Part shown: positions 15,738 to 25,674 of the stretch, piece by piece
How the letters are laid out: each line of letters opens with the position of its first letter
How positions within the stretch are numbered: the first letter of the stretch is position 1
NCBI GenBank assembly: GCA_018304465.1
Contig: JAGVWC010000010.1
Coordinates: 96,001 to 160,000 of the forward strand
Origin: Candidatus Iainarchaeum sp.
GTDB lineage: Archaea; Iainarchaeota; Iainarchaeia; Iainarchaeales; JAGVWC01
Direction: 5' to 3'
Length of the DNA stretch: 64,000 nt
Notes under the pieces: generated by a model
What the model was told of the DNA's origin: nothing
Databases searched by the model: none
The model's input: only the letters and a program-made list of their open reading frames with translations
Position numbers and translations under genes: made by a program

Positions 15738-18065
15738 CTATTCTTCGGCCGCATCGTCCGGCGTGTCGGATTCGGTTTTTTCTTCCGCAGGGCTTTCCAC
15801 GGAAACGGTTTTTTCCGCGCCTGTTTCCTCCGAAAACTTCGCGTTTATGAGTTTGACGATTTTTTTCGCTTTTTTTTCACCCATGTTGTCGACGGCCTGC
15901 AATTCTTTTTCGGACGCGTTCACGATGGACTTGATGGATTTGAAATGACCAAGCAAAGATTTGGCCATGGTGGGACCCACCATTGGAAACGATTCCACGA
16001 CGAACTGCTGGAGTTCGGGCGTGGTAAGGCCTTTGCGGCCGGTGCGGATGCGGAGGTCTTTTTCTTTGCCGTGCTGCTCGCGCTTCGCGGTTATGTATAC
16101 GATTTCAGCGGTTTCTTTCGCGCTTCGCGACAACAAAATCGGCACGCGATAATTGACCGCGATCGAAGACAACGCCCCCATGATCGCGTTCTTGTGAATG
16201 TTTCGAAGCGAATACAAATCGTCAATGTTTCCTTCCAGAATCAAAAACGAACTTCGGTACGATTCGAGCATTGACACCAACTGGCCAAACAACCGCCCGT
16301 CAATCATGCTTTCCAAAAAATCTTCCACGGTTTTGCGCTCGATGCACACTTCGTCCGACACGACATAATCCCCGACTTCCAATTGTTTTGCCGTGATCAA
16401 TGCGCCCAGTTCCACGAGTTCGCGAATCACGGAGCTTGCTTGTTCGCGATGATCCACAAACACCAACACCTTGTCCGAGGCGCCACTTGCGAATTTGTGC
16501 AACGTGGTTTGCTTTTCGCCTTGCGGAAGAATCGAATCCTTTGTTTTTTTCATGGACTTTAACGTGGCCAGCATTTGTTTTTCCTTGGCTTGGCTTGACC
16601 AGTAATACGCTTCGTCCCGCACGCATTTTCCGTCCTGGATTCTTCCCGTGCGGCCGCGACGCTGAATCATCCGAATTTCGCTTGGAACGGGTTCGTAAAA
16701 CACCACCAAATCCACGCTGGGGATATCCAACCCTTCTTCCGCGACACTGGACCCAACAAGCACGTTAAATCCCCCGTTCCGAAACTGGTCAATGGCCGCG
16801 ATCTGTTCTTTTTGCGTCATCCCTTTTTCGTTTTCGCGCGCGGCTTGACCCACGAACCGCATGGGTTTCAATCCGTTCGAACGCGATTCGATCAGGCGAA
16901 CCAATCCGCGCACGGAATCGCGGTAATGATTGAACACGATGATTTTCGAATCCGGTTTTTCCGCCAACTGGTTTTCCAGCACCTCGATCAGACGGGTTTG
17001 TTTGGGATGCTCAATGTTTTCCGCCAAGAGTTTTTCCACCAACGACTGCGATTTTTGAATGCGCTCATCGTTTAACAGACTCTTTAACGCTTTCGACGCG
17101 CCGCTGTGCGTGGCTTCGATCCGCATTTTTTCAAAATACTCGTGCACCGCCGCCACGCCTTGGGTTTCGAGCAAGGTTTCCGCGTGACCGACTTTAAGCA
17201 ACGCCGCGAGTTTTGAAATCGCGGAAAACAACGCGGGGTTCCGACCCGGGTTTTTCGACAAATCGTTTCGAATCTGGGACTGCAAACCCAACAACTCGGT
17301 TCGACGCAAGACATTGGGCGCCATGTTTCTGGCCAACCCCAGTTTTTTCAAAAACAACAACTGGTCTTTTTGAAATTCCCGCAACAAGCCCTTGATCGTC
17401 AAAAACGATTCCGGCAAATCCACCATGATCCAATCCATGTGAATCTGATTCGAATGGGCGACTACGTCGGCATCGCCGCGCGTCTTGATCTCCACGTTTT
17501 TGATGAAAAGATTCCGGCATACGTCCTGTATTTTTTCGGAGTTTCCGCCCGGAGACGCGGTTAACCCCAAAATAATGCCGTGTTCGTTTTGCTTGACGAA
17601 TTGTTTGGCCAAAAAAACGTAACTGTATTCGCCGACCGCGCGATGACACTCGTCAAACACCACCAAGGAAAAATTTTTGAGCGAACAGTGGCCATTGATC
17701 ACGTCGTTTTCAATGACTTGCGGCGTCGCGGAAACAATCACGGACAAATCAATGATTTTTTTTCGTTTTTCCGGCGGAGTCGAGCCCGTCAACAACCCGA
17801 TTTGGTCCGACGGCAAGTCCATGACGCGCAAAAACGTTTCCTGATGCTGAACCGCCAATGGTTTGGTGGGCGAAACAATCAAAATTTTTTGCAAGGGCTT
17901 TGATTTTAACAGTTCATTGGCAACCAGGGCCGCGACAATGGTTTTTCCTAACGCGGTCGGTGCGACCACGAGCGAGTTTCCTTTTTCCAACACTTGCGCG
18001 GCCAGCACCTGCTGGTACAACCGCGGTTCAATGGCGCCTGCTTTCAAAAACGTGGCCTGGGTCAT
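15738..18065 (-). CDS. hef: Hef helicase/nuclease (SF2 helicase plus ERCC4 nuclease plus HhH)
   Basis: PRLYQ, APTALGKT, DECHRA, LTASPG, EEGLDIP, QRRGRTGR, GDY..S....ERKT..D. Confidence 0.95.
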   Translation of the reverse strand: MTQATFLKAGAIEPRLYQQVLAAQVLEKGNSLVVAPTALGKTIVAALVANELLKSKPLQKILIVSPTKPLAVQHQETFLRVMDLPSDQIGLLTGSTPPEKRKKIIDLSVIVSATPQVIENDVINGHCSLKNFSLVVFDECHRAVGEYSYVFLAKQFVKQNEHGIILGLTASPGGNSEKIQDVCRNLFIKNVEIKTRGDADVVAHSNQIHMDWIMVDLPESFLTIKGLLREFQKDQLLFLKKLGLARNMAPNVLRRTELLGLQSQIRNDLSKNPGRNPALFSAISKLAALLKVGHAETLLETQGVAAVHEYFEKMRIEATHSGASKALKSLLNDERIQKSQSLVEKLLAENIEHPKQTRLIEVLENQLAEKPDSKIIVFNHYRDSVRGLVRLIESRSNGLKPMRFVGQAARENEKGMTQKEQIAAIDQFRNGGFNVLVGSSVAEEGLDIPSVDLVVFYEPVPSEIRMIQRRGRTGRIQDGKCVRDEAYYWSSQAKEKQMLATLKSMKKTKDSILPQGEKQTTLHKFASGASDKVLVFVDHREQASSVIRELVELGALITAKQLEVGDYVVSDEVCIERKTVEDFLESMIDGRLFGQLVSMLESYRSSFLILEGNIDDLYSLRNIHKNAIMGALSSIAVNYRVPILLSRSAKETAEIVYITAKREQHGKEKDLRIRTGRKGLTTPELQQFVVESFPMVGPTMAKSLLGHFKSIKSIVNASEKELQAVDNMGEKKAKKIVKLINAKFSEETGAEKTVSVESPAEEKTESDTPDDAAEE

Positions 18066-18209
18066 TCTACAAAGAGGATTCAAAAAATGCTTATTAAATG
18101 GAACTTGGGAATCTTGCCGGTAAAAAAGGGTTTTACAGCCTTTTCAGACCAAAAGCAACGATTCTTAAGCGTTTTGATCCAAAATAAGTAACAAAGGGGG
18201 AATTTTTTC

Positions 18210-18419
18210 GTGGGAGAACTACCTATCGCCGCGGTTGACCGTATCATCCGCAAAGCAGGGGCCGATCGGGTCAGCGAAGACGCCGCCGCCGCACTGGCCG
18301 AAATTCTCGAAGAACGCGGAATCGAAATCGGAAAACAAGCCGTGCAACTCGCCAATCACGCCAATCGCAAAACCATTACGGACGCCGATATTCGCCTTGC
18401 GGTCAAGGGAATGCATTAA
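18210..18419 (+). CDS. Archaeal histone (HMf-like)
   Basis: ELPIAAVDRIIRKAGADRVS.DA...LAEILE...A..LA.HA.RKTI...DI.LA. Confidence 0.97.
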   Translation: MGELPIAAVDRIIRKAGADRVSEDAAAALAEILEERGIEIGKQAVQLANHANRKTITDADIRLAVKGMH

Positions 18420-18443
18420 TTCCGAACAAAACCAAGTTTGATG

Positions 18444-19160
18444 CTATCGCGTACTCAGGCTTTGCCACAGAATCTCGTCCTTGTTTTTGACGACAATCCC
18501 GTCTTCCGTGATTTCCAACGGATGCACTTTTTTGGAATGATTGGTTCCACGCATTTTTCGCACGAAAATTCCGCGGTTAGGCGGAACGAAATACAACGCG
18601 ATGATTCCATCCGCCACGTATTGTTCCACGTTAAACGAACCGAATTCGTTTTTATCGCCGCTGGTTTCCGCGGTCAACAAGGTGGTGCAACCGAGTTTTT
18701 TGACTTCGGACAAAAACTGGAAAATCGTGTTCCGCAAAGTTCCGCGGTCGTCGATCCACATGCCCATGGCCGTTACCGAATCGATCACGAGGCGCTTGGC
18801 ACCGATTTCCTTGACCATGTTTCCGATTAACGTCAGTTGTTCTTCGACTTGCATGGAAACATCGGCTTTGGTATCGAATTGCACGCGTTCAATGCGCACC
18901 AGATTCTTGTCTTGCAGCGCTTTGAAATTCCATTTGAAATTCTGCATGTCCCAGACAATGTTTTGAATGTCGGTCTGCGCGGTAATGAAAATACCCGGTT
19001 CGCGCAACTGCGCGGCGCCGTTGTAAATGAACTGCTGGGCCAGAATCGTTTTTCCACACCCCGGTCCGCCCGCCAACACGACGCTGGCATTACGCGGAAT
19101 TCCACCGTCCAAAATTTCGTCTAATCCCGGAATCCCGGTTTTAACCCGATCAATCACCAT
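18444..19160 (-). CDS. KaiC-like (RAD55/ArlH-related) single-domain ATPase
   Basis: RVKTGIPGLD, GGPGCGKT, RLVIDSV, EQYVADGII, KMRGTNH. Confidence 0.92.
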   Translation of the reverse strand: MVIDRVKTGIPGLDEILDGGIPRNASVVLAGGPGCGKTILAQQFIYNGAAQLREPGIFITAQTDIQNIVWDMQNFKWNFKALQDKNLVRIERVQFDTKADVSMQVEEQLTLIGNMVKEIGAKRLVIDSVTAMGMWIDDRGTLRNTIFQFLSEVKKLGCTTLLTAETSGDKNEFGSFNVEQYVADGIIALYFVPPNRGIFVRKMRGTNHSKKVHPLEITEDGIVVKNKDEILWQSLSTR

Positions 19161-19306
19161 TTCATCACCCGTTTCCTGTTAACAATAATCGTTCGAAATA
19201 TAAAAACCTTTTTAATGGCGAAAAAAACCGTTTTTCGAAAACACGAAGTAAACATTTTTATATTCGAAACCCCTTATTTTGGTCAATTCAAAGAGAGGGA
19301 CTTGGA

Positions 19307-19885
19307 ATGAATAAGAAAGGAATGGACATGGCAATCCAGATTTTTGTCGTTTTATTCGTACTCTTGGCGGTCGCCATGCTGGTACTACGACTGGTTTCGG
19401 AACAAACCCAGTCCCAAATCAAAGTCATCAACGAAGAAGCCAAAAAAGCCGAAATGTCCAAGATCAAAGCCGAATGCGACCAAGCCTGCGTCAATTGTGA
19501 CAGCCCCCAGGCCCAAGTGGGGTTTTGTCTAAAACTCATTCAATCCAGTTTATTCGAAGCCAAAGGCGCCATGGATTTTGACGGCGACGGCTTTGCCAAC
19601 GCGTACGTGGAAGAACAAGTCGGACAATACACCGGCGGACTCTACGGATTATGCGAAGACCAGATTTACTGCTCGCAAATTTCGCCCTGTAAATGCGGAA
19701 ACCGCACCTTGGACATGCGCAATTGCTTTAACGTGATCTGCGACTATTGGGAAAAACAAGGCGCGGACATTCCGATGCTGATGCAAAAATTCTTTCCGGC
19801 CCCCACCTGTGATATGAGCGACGAGGAACTCCAACGCCACTGGATCGTGAATTACCAGCAACTTATGTCCTGCGGAAGCGCGTAA
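19307..19885 (+). CDS. Type IV pilin-like protein, class III signal peptide, Cys-rich
   Basis: MNKKG|MDMAIQIFVVLFVLLAVAMLVL. Confidence 0.85.
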   Translation: MNKKGMDMAIQIFVVLFVLLAVAMLVLRLVSEQTQSQIKVINEEAKKAEMSKIKAECDQACVNCDSPQAQVGFCLKLIQSSLFEAKGAMDFDGDGFANAYVEEQVGQYTGGLYGLCEDQIYCSQISPCKCGNRTLDMRNCFNVICDYWEKQGADIPMLMQKFFPAPTCDMSDEELQRHWIVNYQQLMSCGSA

Positions 19886-19900
19886 TGATTCCTTGATTTT

Positions 19901-20320
19901 ATGGAACAAGCCATTTGGTTTTATGTGGGCATCATCGGAGCCATTGTCGGACTCGGATTACTGGCCTCGGTCGTTTTGATCAACGAAAACGCGTCCAAAC
20001 ACCAAGTCGCCCAGAACAGCATCCGGTTGCTCGAACAAAAATGCAATTTCGTCTGCAGTTCCGATTTAGATACCTTGCAATCGGTCGATGTCGAATTGTC
20101 CAGCGGAATGGTCATGTACAGCAATCAAACCGCGCTTTGCATCGCGCTTCAGGACAAGCAATACTGCCGCCCGTGCAACTGCAAAATAACCGATTCCAAC
20201 AACGCGAATTTTCGATTCGATTTGAACACGAGCGAAGCCGTCGAATTGTTTTCCACCCACACCTTCAACTGCAGCTTTGAAAAAAACATAGGCGGGGTTT
20301 TGCTTGCGTGCGCGGGGTAG
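19901..20320 (+). CDS. Pilin-like protein (N-terminal TM, Cys-rich head, no basic leader)
   Basis: MEQAIWFYVGIIGAIVGLGLL; C..VC...C....C..C.C; in-frame stops just upstream. Confidence 0.7.
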   Translation: MEQAIWFYVGIIGAIVGLGLLASVVLINENASKHQVAQNSIRLLEQKCNFVCSSDLDTLQSVDVELSSGMVMYSNQTALCIALQDKQYCRPCNCKITDSNNANFRFDLNTSEAVELFSTHTFNCSFEKNIGGVLLACAG

Positions 20321-20693
20321 CTCGGTCATCCCGGTGTTCGTCTGGATCACGATCCTCATTGTCACGATCGCGGCAAGCTACTGGTACTTATCCAAATTTT
20401 CAAGCGAAAAAAACGATTTCGAAAAAATCCAAAACGATTTGACGATTTTACGCAAAATGGTGGACGACGGATGCCAATCCGTTTACTATCAAGTCAGCTT
20501 TAACCCCGTGACGGAAACCGGCGACTTGAACATCACCAAAAACGCGATCTGCATGAATCTTCGTACATTATCGCGCTGTCAAACCCCCGTGTGCGTACAC
20601 CCGCTCACCGATGCGAATATCAACCTTTCCGACATTCGACAAATCACCGTGATCAAAAATGACACCAACACGATTACCATCACCGCAAAATAA
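20304..20693 (+). CDS. Pilin-like protein, class III signal peptide
   Basis: MRARG|SSVIPVFVWITILIV; overlaps both neighbours. Confidence 0.72.
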   Translation: MRARGSSVIPVFVWITILIVTIAASYWYLSKFSSEKNDFEKIQNDLTILRKMVDDGCQSVYYQVSFNPVTETGDLNITKNAICMNLRTLSRCQTPVCVHPLTDANINLSDIRQITVIKNDTNTITITAK

Positions 20694-21141
20694 GGGAATC
20701 TTCGAAATTCTCTCCACATTTTTCCTAGTCATCACCATTCTCGTCGTGGTCATCGGACTGTTGTTCGTGAACGCGTTTGTCATCGGAAACGAAAACGAAG
20801 TATACCGAAAACTCGAAGTCCTCGACATCGCCAACGACGTCAAAAAAAGCGTCGCGGAATGCTTCGGCCCCATCACCCCCGCGAAAATGACGGACACCGC
20901 CTTAGGGGAACGCTGCTTGAACGCGATCAAAGCCGATGGCAAAAACCGCCTAAAAGGAATCAAAATCGAGGAACTAGAATTTCTTTCCTGCACCGCCCGA
21001 ACCGCGGAATTCGGATCCGCGACCAACTGCGCGCCGGACGGCGACCGATACGTTTTTTTGGTGCGCGTGGAAGAAGGCGCGATGTCGTGCGCCGCACGAC
21101 TCGAATTGTGTCTTCATAAAACCGGGGGGGTTCGTTCTTGA
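20659..21141 (+). CDS. Pilin-like protein, class III signal peptide
   Basis: QNKG|IFEILSTFFLVITILVVVIG. Confidence 0.75.
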   Translation: MTPTRLPSPQNKGIFEILSTFFLVITILVVVIGLLFVNAFVIGNENEVYRKLEVLDIANDVKKSVAECFGPITPAKMTDTALGERCLNAIKADGKNRLKGIKIEELEFLSCTARTAEFGSATNCAPDGDRYVFLVRVEEGAMSCAARLELCLHKTGGVRS

Positions 21142-23075
21142 CGATGATATCCGACGTGATGTCCACCTTGGTGCTCGTGATATTGTTTTTGCTTGCCAGC
21201 GGCATCATTTTAAGCCAGAACACGACGTTTCTGCAAAACAACGCCCAGAATTCGTTTTCCGAATACCAATCCGAAAAATTATCCGCGGATTTTGAATCGA
21301 TTCTTGGAATCGACGAACCCGTTTCCCAAAAAAGCCTGGCGACGCTTTTGGGCGACGCCGTGTATTACCGAAAAATCAGTTTCAGTTATCACAACCCGAC
21401 GATCATCCCGAACGCCGACATCAATTCCTACTACAACGCGGACTCGAACCAGCTCAATATCCGGTCCGCGCTCGAAACCGTCATGGACAAGCTGTACGGA
21501 AAAAACAATTATTACCTTGAAATTTCCCCGAAACTGTTGGATCTGAGATTGTTTTTCGTGATCGACGGAAGCCCCAGTTTAAACAACGAAGCGGTGCAAC
21601 TCGTGGATTACGCCACGGGAATTCCGCGCATCGTCCGCCAATTCAAAGATTTGAACTACGGAGTGCACCCCAAAGTATTCATCATGGCCGGAGAACTGAT
21701 GCAATCCAATCCATGCCAGACATTCGAAGACAACAACATCAGCTGCGAATACGTGTACAAAGAACAGCTTTACAAAGGCGTCGCGACCCCCGGTTGGCTC
21801 GCGAAAAAAGTTGCCAACGGAAATTTTCTTTCCCAAGGAGACCAGTTCGCGGACCTCAATTTCGTTCATCCGATCGCGGCTAGCAACTGGACCGTGTCCA
21901 ACGACGAGTTCTTATCGGACGATCCGAACGCGACCACGAATCCCAACACGTTGTTTTACTGCACCTGGAAATACCTCGATTCGGTTCCCGGTCACATGGA
22001 TTTCAATTTTTCGTTCGCGCAAACCAACAGCACGAATAATTCGTACAAATCCGCAGTGTGGTTTTGGGTCAACGACCATCGATTCTCCAACGTGACCAAA
22101 GACCTCAATGTCGAGCGAAAACTCGTGTCGGGCTGGAACAAATTTTGCGTGGGATATTACACCGGCCGATCCGATTTGGGCGGAACACTCACCCCGTTTG
22201 TGCCGCGCGTCGATTACTCGGTTTCCGAAGAACGCCGCCAATCCAGCGTGTTTCCATTAAACGACTTGTACGCGTTTTTGGCGGGACCCACGTCTCCGGA
22301 CGCGAATCCAAGCCAAGCCATCGCACCGGATTTTAACGGATCGTTTTACGAAGACTGGGCATCCGGAAGCGCTTTTGCCGCCGCGAACGCCGCGCCCCAA
22401 AACCAGGCCACCATGACCATGATCATTCCCATCAGCGACGAATTATCCACGGGAAGCGAATCCGAAGAATGCCAAAACATCACGGATTTCGTCGAAAAAG
22501 GATTCTGCGAAGCCTGCAACAAGAATTATGCGTCCAGCGCCAACTACGGTTGTCCCGTGAACCGTTCCCAAAAAACCGTGGACTTCGCGGTTTCCGTGAT
22601 TCAACCCACGGGTTACTACGTGTTCCCGATTCTTGCCGACACCTGTGATATTCCCGCCTGGAAACCCGATGGACGCAACTGGTTTTGCAAGAAAAAAGGA
22701 TTCAATCCGTACGGCGGACAATGCGGAACCGATCCGTTGTGCGGCGAATGCTACGGACCCGATCCCCTGCAATGCCCGGGCCTTACCTTGAATTCCAGTT
22801 CGGTCGGATGCGACAAACTCGAATGCCGTGACGCCATCAAAACCCAAATGACGCAGTTAGCCACGGAAACCGGCGGCGAAATGATCGAACTCTCAAACCT
22901 AAACGAATTATCCGGAAAAATCGACACCAATATCCGCGGCTTGCTCGACAAATTCACGATCAAAATCGGGGTCCAGCGCCCCGATTCCGAACGATACAGT
23001 TATCACCGATTAATCCCCTTAAGCAACCGCTTATTCGCATCCGTCACGTTTTGGGTATACAACGAGCGCGAATAA
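21138..23075 (+). CDS. Large pilin-like adhesin with split vWA domain
   Basis: N-terminal TM; FFVIDGSPSL (MIDAS DxSxS), IIPISDE, QLATETGG; inserted beta-rich and Cys-rich segments. Confidence 0.75.
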   Translation: MTMISDVMSTLVLVILFLLASGIILSQNTTFLQNNAQNSFSEYQSEKLSADFESILGIDEPVSQKSLATLLGDAVYYRKISFSYHNPTIIPNADINSYYNADSNQLNIRSALETVMDKLYGKNNYYLEISPKLLDLRLFFVIDGSPSLNNEAVQLVDYATGIPRIVRQFKDLNYGVHPKVFIMAGELMQSNPCQTFEDNNISCEYVYKEQLYKGVATPGWLAKKVANGNFLSQGDQFADLNFVHPIAASNWTVSNDEFLSDDPNATTNPNTLFYCTWKYLDSVPGHMDFNFSFAQTNSTNNSYKSAVWFWVNDHRFSNVTKDLNVERKLVSGWNKFCVGYYTGRSDLGGTLTPFVPRVDYSVSEERRQSSVFPLNDLYAFLAGPTSPDANPSQAIAPDFNGSFYEDWASGSAFAAANAAPQNQATMTMIIPISDELSTGSESEECQNITDFVEKGFCEACNKNYASSANYGCPVNRSQKTVDFAVSVIQPTGYYVFPILADTCDIPAWKPDGRNWFCKKKGFNPYGGQCGTDPLCGECYGPDPLQCPGLTLNSSSVGCDKLECRDAIKTQMTQLATETGGEMIELSNLNELSGKIDTNIRGLLDKFTIKIGVQRPDSERYSYHRLIPLSNRLFASVTFWVYNERE

Positions 23076-23120
23076 ACCCCTGACCAAAAGTATTTTAATC
23101 GGAAAGAACAGAAAGTAGCC

Positions 23121-25196
23121 ATGAGGGAAAAGAAACCTTTTTTTTCCAGGGGAAACATGGTTCCGGTCGTCATGATCGGCGTGTTGGTACTGGCATCCAT
23201 CTCGTTTTACATGGTTTCGTTTCCCCAAGTGCGCCCGCCGGTGTTACCCATTGACACCAGCCAAAACGAAACCCAAATCGCCCTTGAAAAAGCCGTGGAT
23301 TTGGGACTCATCAACTGGATGGAAAACGGGTTTGCTCCCCGCGAATCCCGCTGGTACAACAACGGCAGCTTTCCACCCGATTTAAACGAAGCCAAAGCCG
23401 GTGCCAGATCCTTTATCTCCACTGAAATCAACCTGATTTTACAAGAACTTGAATCCCAACGCGGATACAAATACATCGGAACCCCCGTGCTTGAATTCGA
23501 TTTTGATTCGGCCGTCACCACCACTGACTTGAACAAACGCGGCGTTCGCTTGACCGTATCCGGATTACGCATCATCAACGAATTAAAAGACGCGCAAGGC
23601 AACCTCAGCAAAAGCGAAAACGACGTGCACATCGTGATTTCACGCGATTACCCCGTCTGGGAAATGTACACGCAGTCATTGGAATGGAGCAAACTCGACT
23701 CCGGAAGCTTCAGCGCGAATCTCCAAGGCGAATTCGACAAAAAACCGTTTCAATCCCGCGCATGCAGCTGTAATACCGTGAGCATTCCCATCGCCGAAAA
23801 AATAAAGGAAAAATTAACCATCGACTGGGTTGACATCGACGCCAACGTCATCAAACCCGCGGTCCGCGAACTCCAACAAAAAATCGGACCCAATTTCGAC
23901 TGCAATTACACCGTTGAAGACAACAAAATTGAAAACATTCCCACCGTGGTCTCGAATTCCACTGCCACCTGCGATTGCCCCGGCGGCGAAACCGGCACCT
24001 GGATTGCCAACGGACAAAACTTCAATATTTTAGCGGCCTGGGACACCCCCGACATCGGTGCCAACGACATCCAATACGGACTCTACAACCATGTTTTTAT
24101 TCCCCGTGCGAGCACGGATCCCACCAAAGGATTCTCCGTGGTTCAAAACCTGATCTTTGAAGCCGACGCGAATCCCATAACGCCGCCTGCCGGCAACGGA
24201 ATCGCGATTGTTCAAGGAATGACCCGAAAAGTCGCGGGATTACTCGTGGTTTACTGCGAAGACCCCTCGATTCAGATTCCCGGCGAAGACACGTTTCGAC
24301 CCTTGTCCGCCAAATTCCGCATGCGATTCGCGGTTCAAAAAGGCGTGAAACCGCCAGACTTTTGCACCGATCTGGCCAACCAAGATATCTGCGGTGGCGG
24401 CGACGACAGCGGTGGCGGCGGAACCTTATGCGTCCCCTATACCCAATGCGGTTCCGACCCGAACTGTAATCGCTGCGAATGCCTGCGCGTCAACGGAACC
24501 GACGTTACCGTGATTCCCGAAGGCACGGTGCGCGGCGGCGGAAGCGACTTGGTCGCATCTTGCCGCGCCTTAGGCGGCGACTTCCAATGTCCGATTAATG
24601 TCCAGCGCAAATTCGTGTGCGATTACACCCACGACCAGCCGTGCTTTACCAAAAAATGCGATATTGTCGCGGGACAAGTCGTGGATGTCTGCATTCCGAT
24701 TCCAGACAAACGCTGCGACCCATTCTGCAATTCGTGTCAAGACAACGGAAGCGGAAGCTTCGTGTGTCAGCCCGACGATCGACTCGCCGGAATGACCTGC
24801 AAACCCGACAGCGACGCTTCCAAATCCAAGAACTGCTTTACCTGTCAACCCGGCGGCGTTTGCTCTGCGCGCGCGAATCTCGGAAACATCGTGTGTTCCA
24901 GCAATTCCGGTTGCCAAACATTCTGCAACGACACGCCGGAACAAGAAGGAAGATGCAACGTTCCAAACCAAACCCAAGTCGGAATCGTTTGCCCCAGTTA
25001 CGCGACCGGCGGCTACGATAACGAATGCCGTACCTGCGGAATCCAAAACGGAGTATTGATCTGTAAATCCGCAAACGACACCTGTGCCTTGGGATGCTGT
25101 TCCACGTCGGACGCCAAATGGGGCCGATGCATTGCATCCGGCGGCGCGTGTTGTCCGGCACTCAAAGAACTCACGGTGTGTCCCACCCCCACATAA
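23121..25196 (+). CDS. Large pilin-like protein with Cys-rich C-terminal third
   Basis: FFSRG|NMVPVVMIGVLVL class III-like site; very Cys-dense after a GGGDDSGGGG linker. Confidence 0.75.
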   Translation: MREKKPFFSRGNMVPVVMIGVLVLASISFYMVSFPQVRPPVLPIDTSQNETQIALEKAVDLGLINWMENGFAPRESRWYNNGSFPPDLNEAKAGARSFISTEINLILQELESQRGYKYIGTPVLEFDFDSAVTTTDLNKRGVRLTVSGLRIINELKDAQGNLSKSENDVHIVISRDYPVWEMYTQSLEWSKLDSGSFSANLQGEFDKKPFQSRACSCNTVSIPIAEKIKEKLTIDWVDIDANVIKPAVRELQQKIGPNFDCNYTVEDNKIENIPTVVSNSTATCDCPGGETGTWIANGQNFNILAAWDTPDIGANDIQYGLYNHVFIPRASTDPTKGFSVVQNLIFEADANPITPPAGNGIAIVQGMTRKVAGLLVVYCEDPSIQIPGEDTFRPLSAKFRMRFAVQKGVKPPDFCTDLANQDICGGGDDSGGGGTLCVPYTQCGSDPNCNRCECLRVNGTDVTVIPEGTVRGGGSDLVASCRALGGDFQCPINVQRKFVCDYTHDQPCFTKKCDIVAGQVVDVCIPIPDKRCDPFCNSCQDNGSGSFVCQPDDRLAGMTCKPDSDASKSKNCFTCQPGGVCSARANLGNIVCSSNSGCQTFCNDTPEQEGRCNVPNQTQVGIVCPSYATGGYDNECRTCGIQNGVLICKSANDTCALGCCSTSDAKWGRCIASGGACCPALKELTVCPTPT

Positions 25197-25311
25197 ACAA
25201 ACGAACATGGTCGCCCATTTTTTTCGTTTTTTTCCGAATCATTTTTCTTCGTTGAAAACACAAAACTTTTTTTCCGCAAACCTTTATATAGTACCGATTC
25301 GTTACTCATAA

Positions 25312-25671
25312 ATGGTTGAAGACTCATTGGTTCAAAACGTCCGTGAGCTACTCGTGGCCAGCGGATCCGAAAAAGCCGCGATTTTGCACCTGATGGACAT
25401 GGGATTTAGCGCGCCGGAAGCCGACGACTTGATCAACAAAGCCAAACAAGGCATGGCCAACTACGAAGACTGGAAAAAAATCATGACGATTGCCCAAAAC
25501 GCGGAAGCCTCCGCCAAAGGAAACAACGACGAATTCATTGAAAAATCCGGCGAAAAAAAACGCGAAGTTCAAGGCCAGATATCCGAACTACGCACCATGA
25601 TGTCCTCGCTTAACAGTGAACTTGACACCCAAAAACCAAAAACCGAAACCAAAAAAACAAAACAACCATAA
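25312..25671 (+). CDS. Hypothetical coiled-coil protein
   Basis: TTTATATA at 25283-25290 about 22 nt upstream; helical/coiled-coil composition. Confidence 0.7.
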   Translation: MVEDSLVQNVRELLVASGSEKAAILHLMDMGFSAPEADDLINKAKQGMANYEDWKKIMTIAQNAEASAKGNNDEFIEKSGEKKREVQGQISELRTMMSSLNSELDTQKPKTETKKTKQP

Positions 25672-25674
25672 GAC

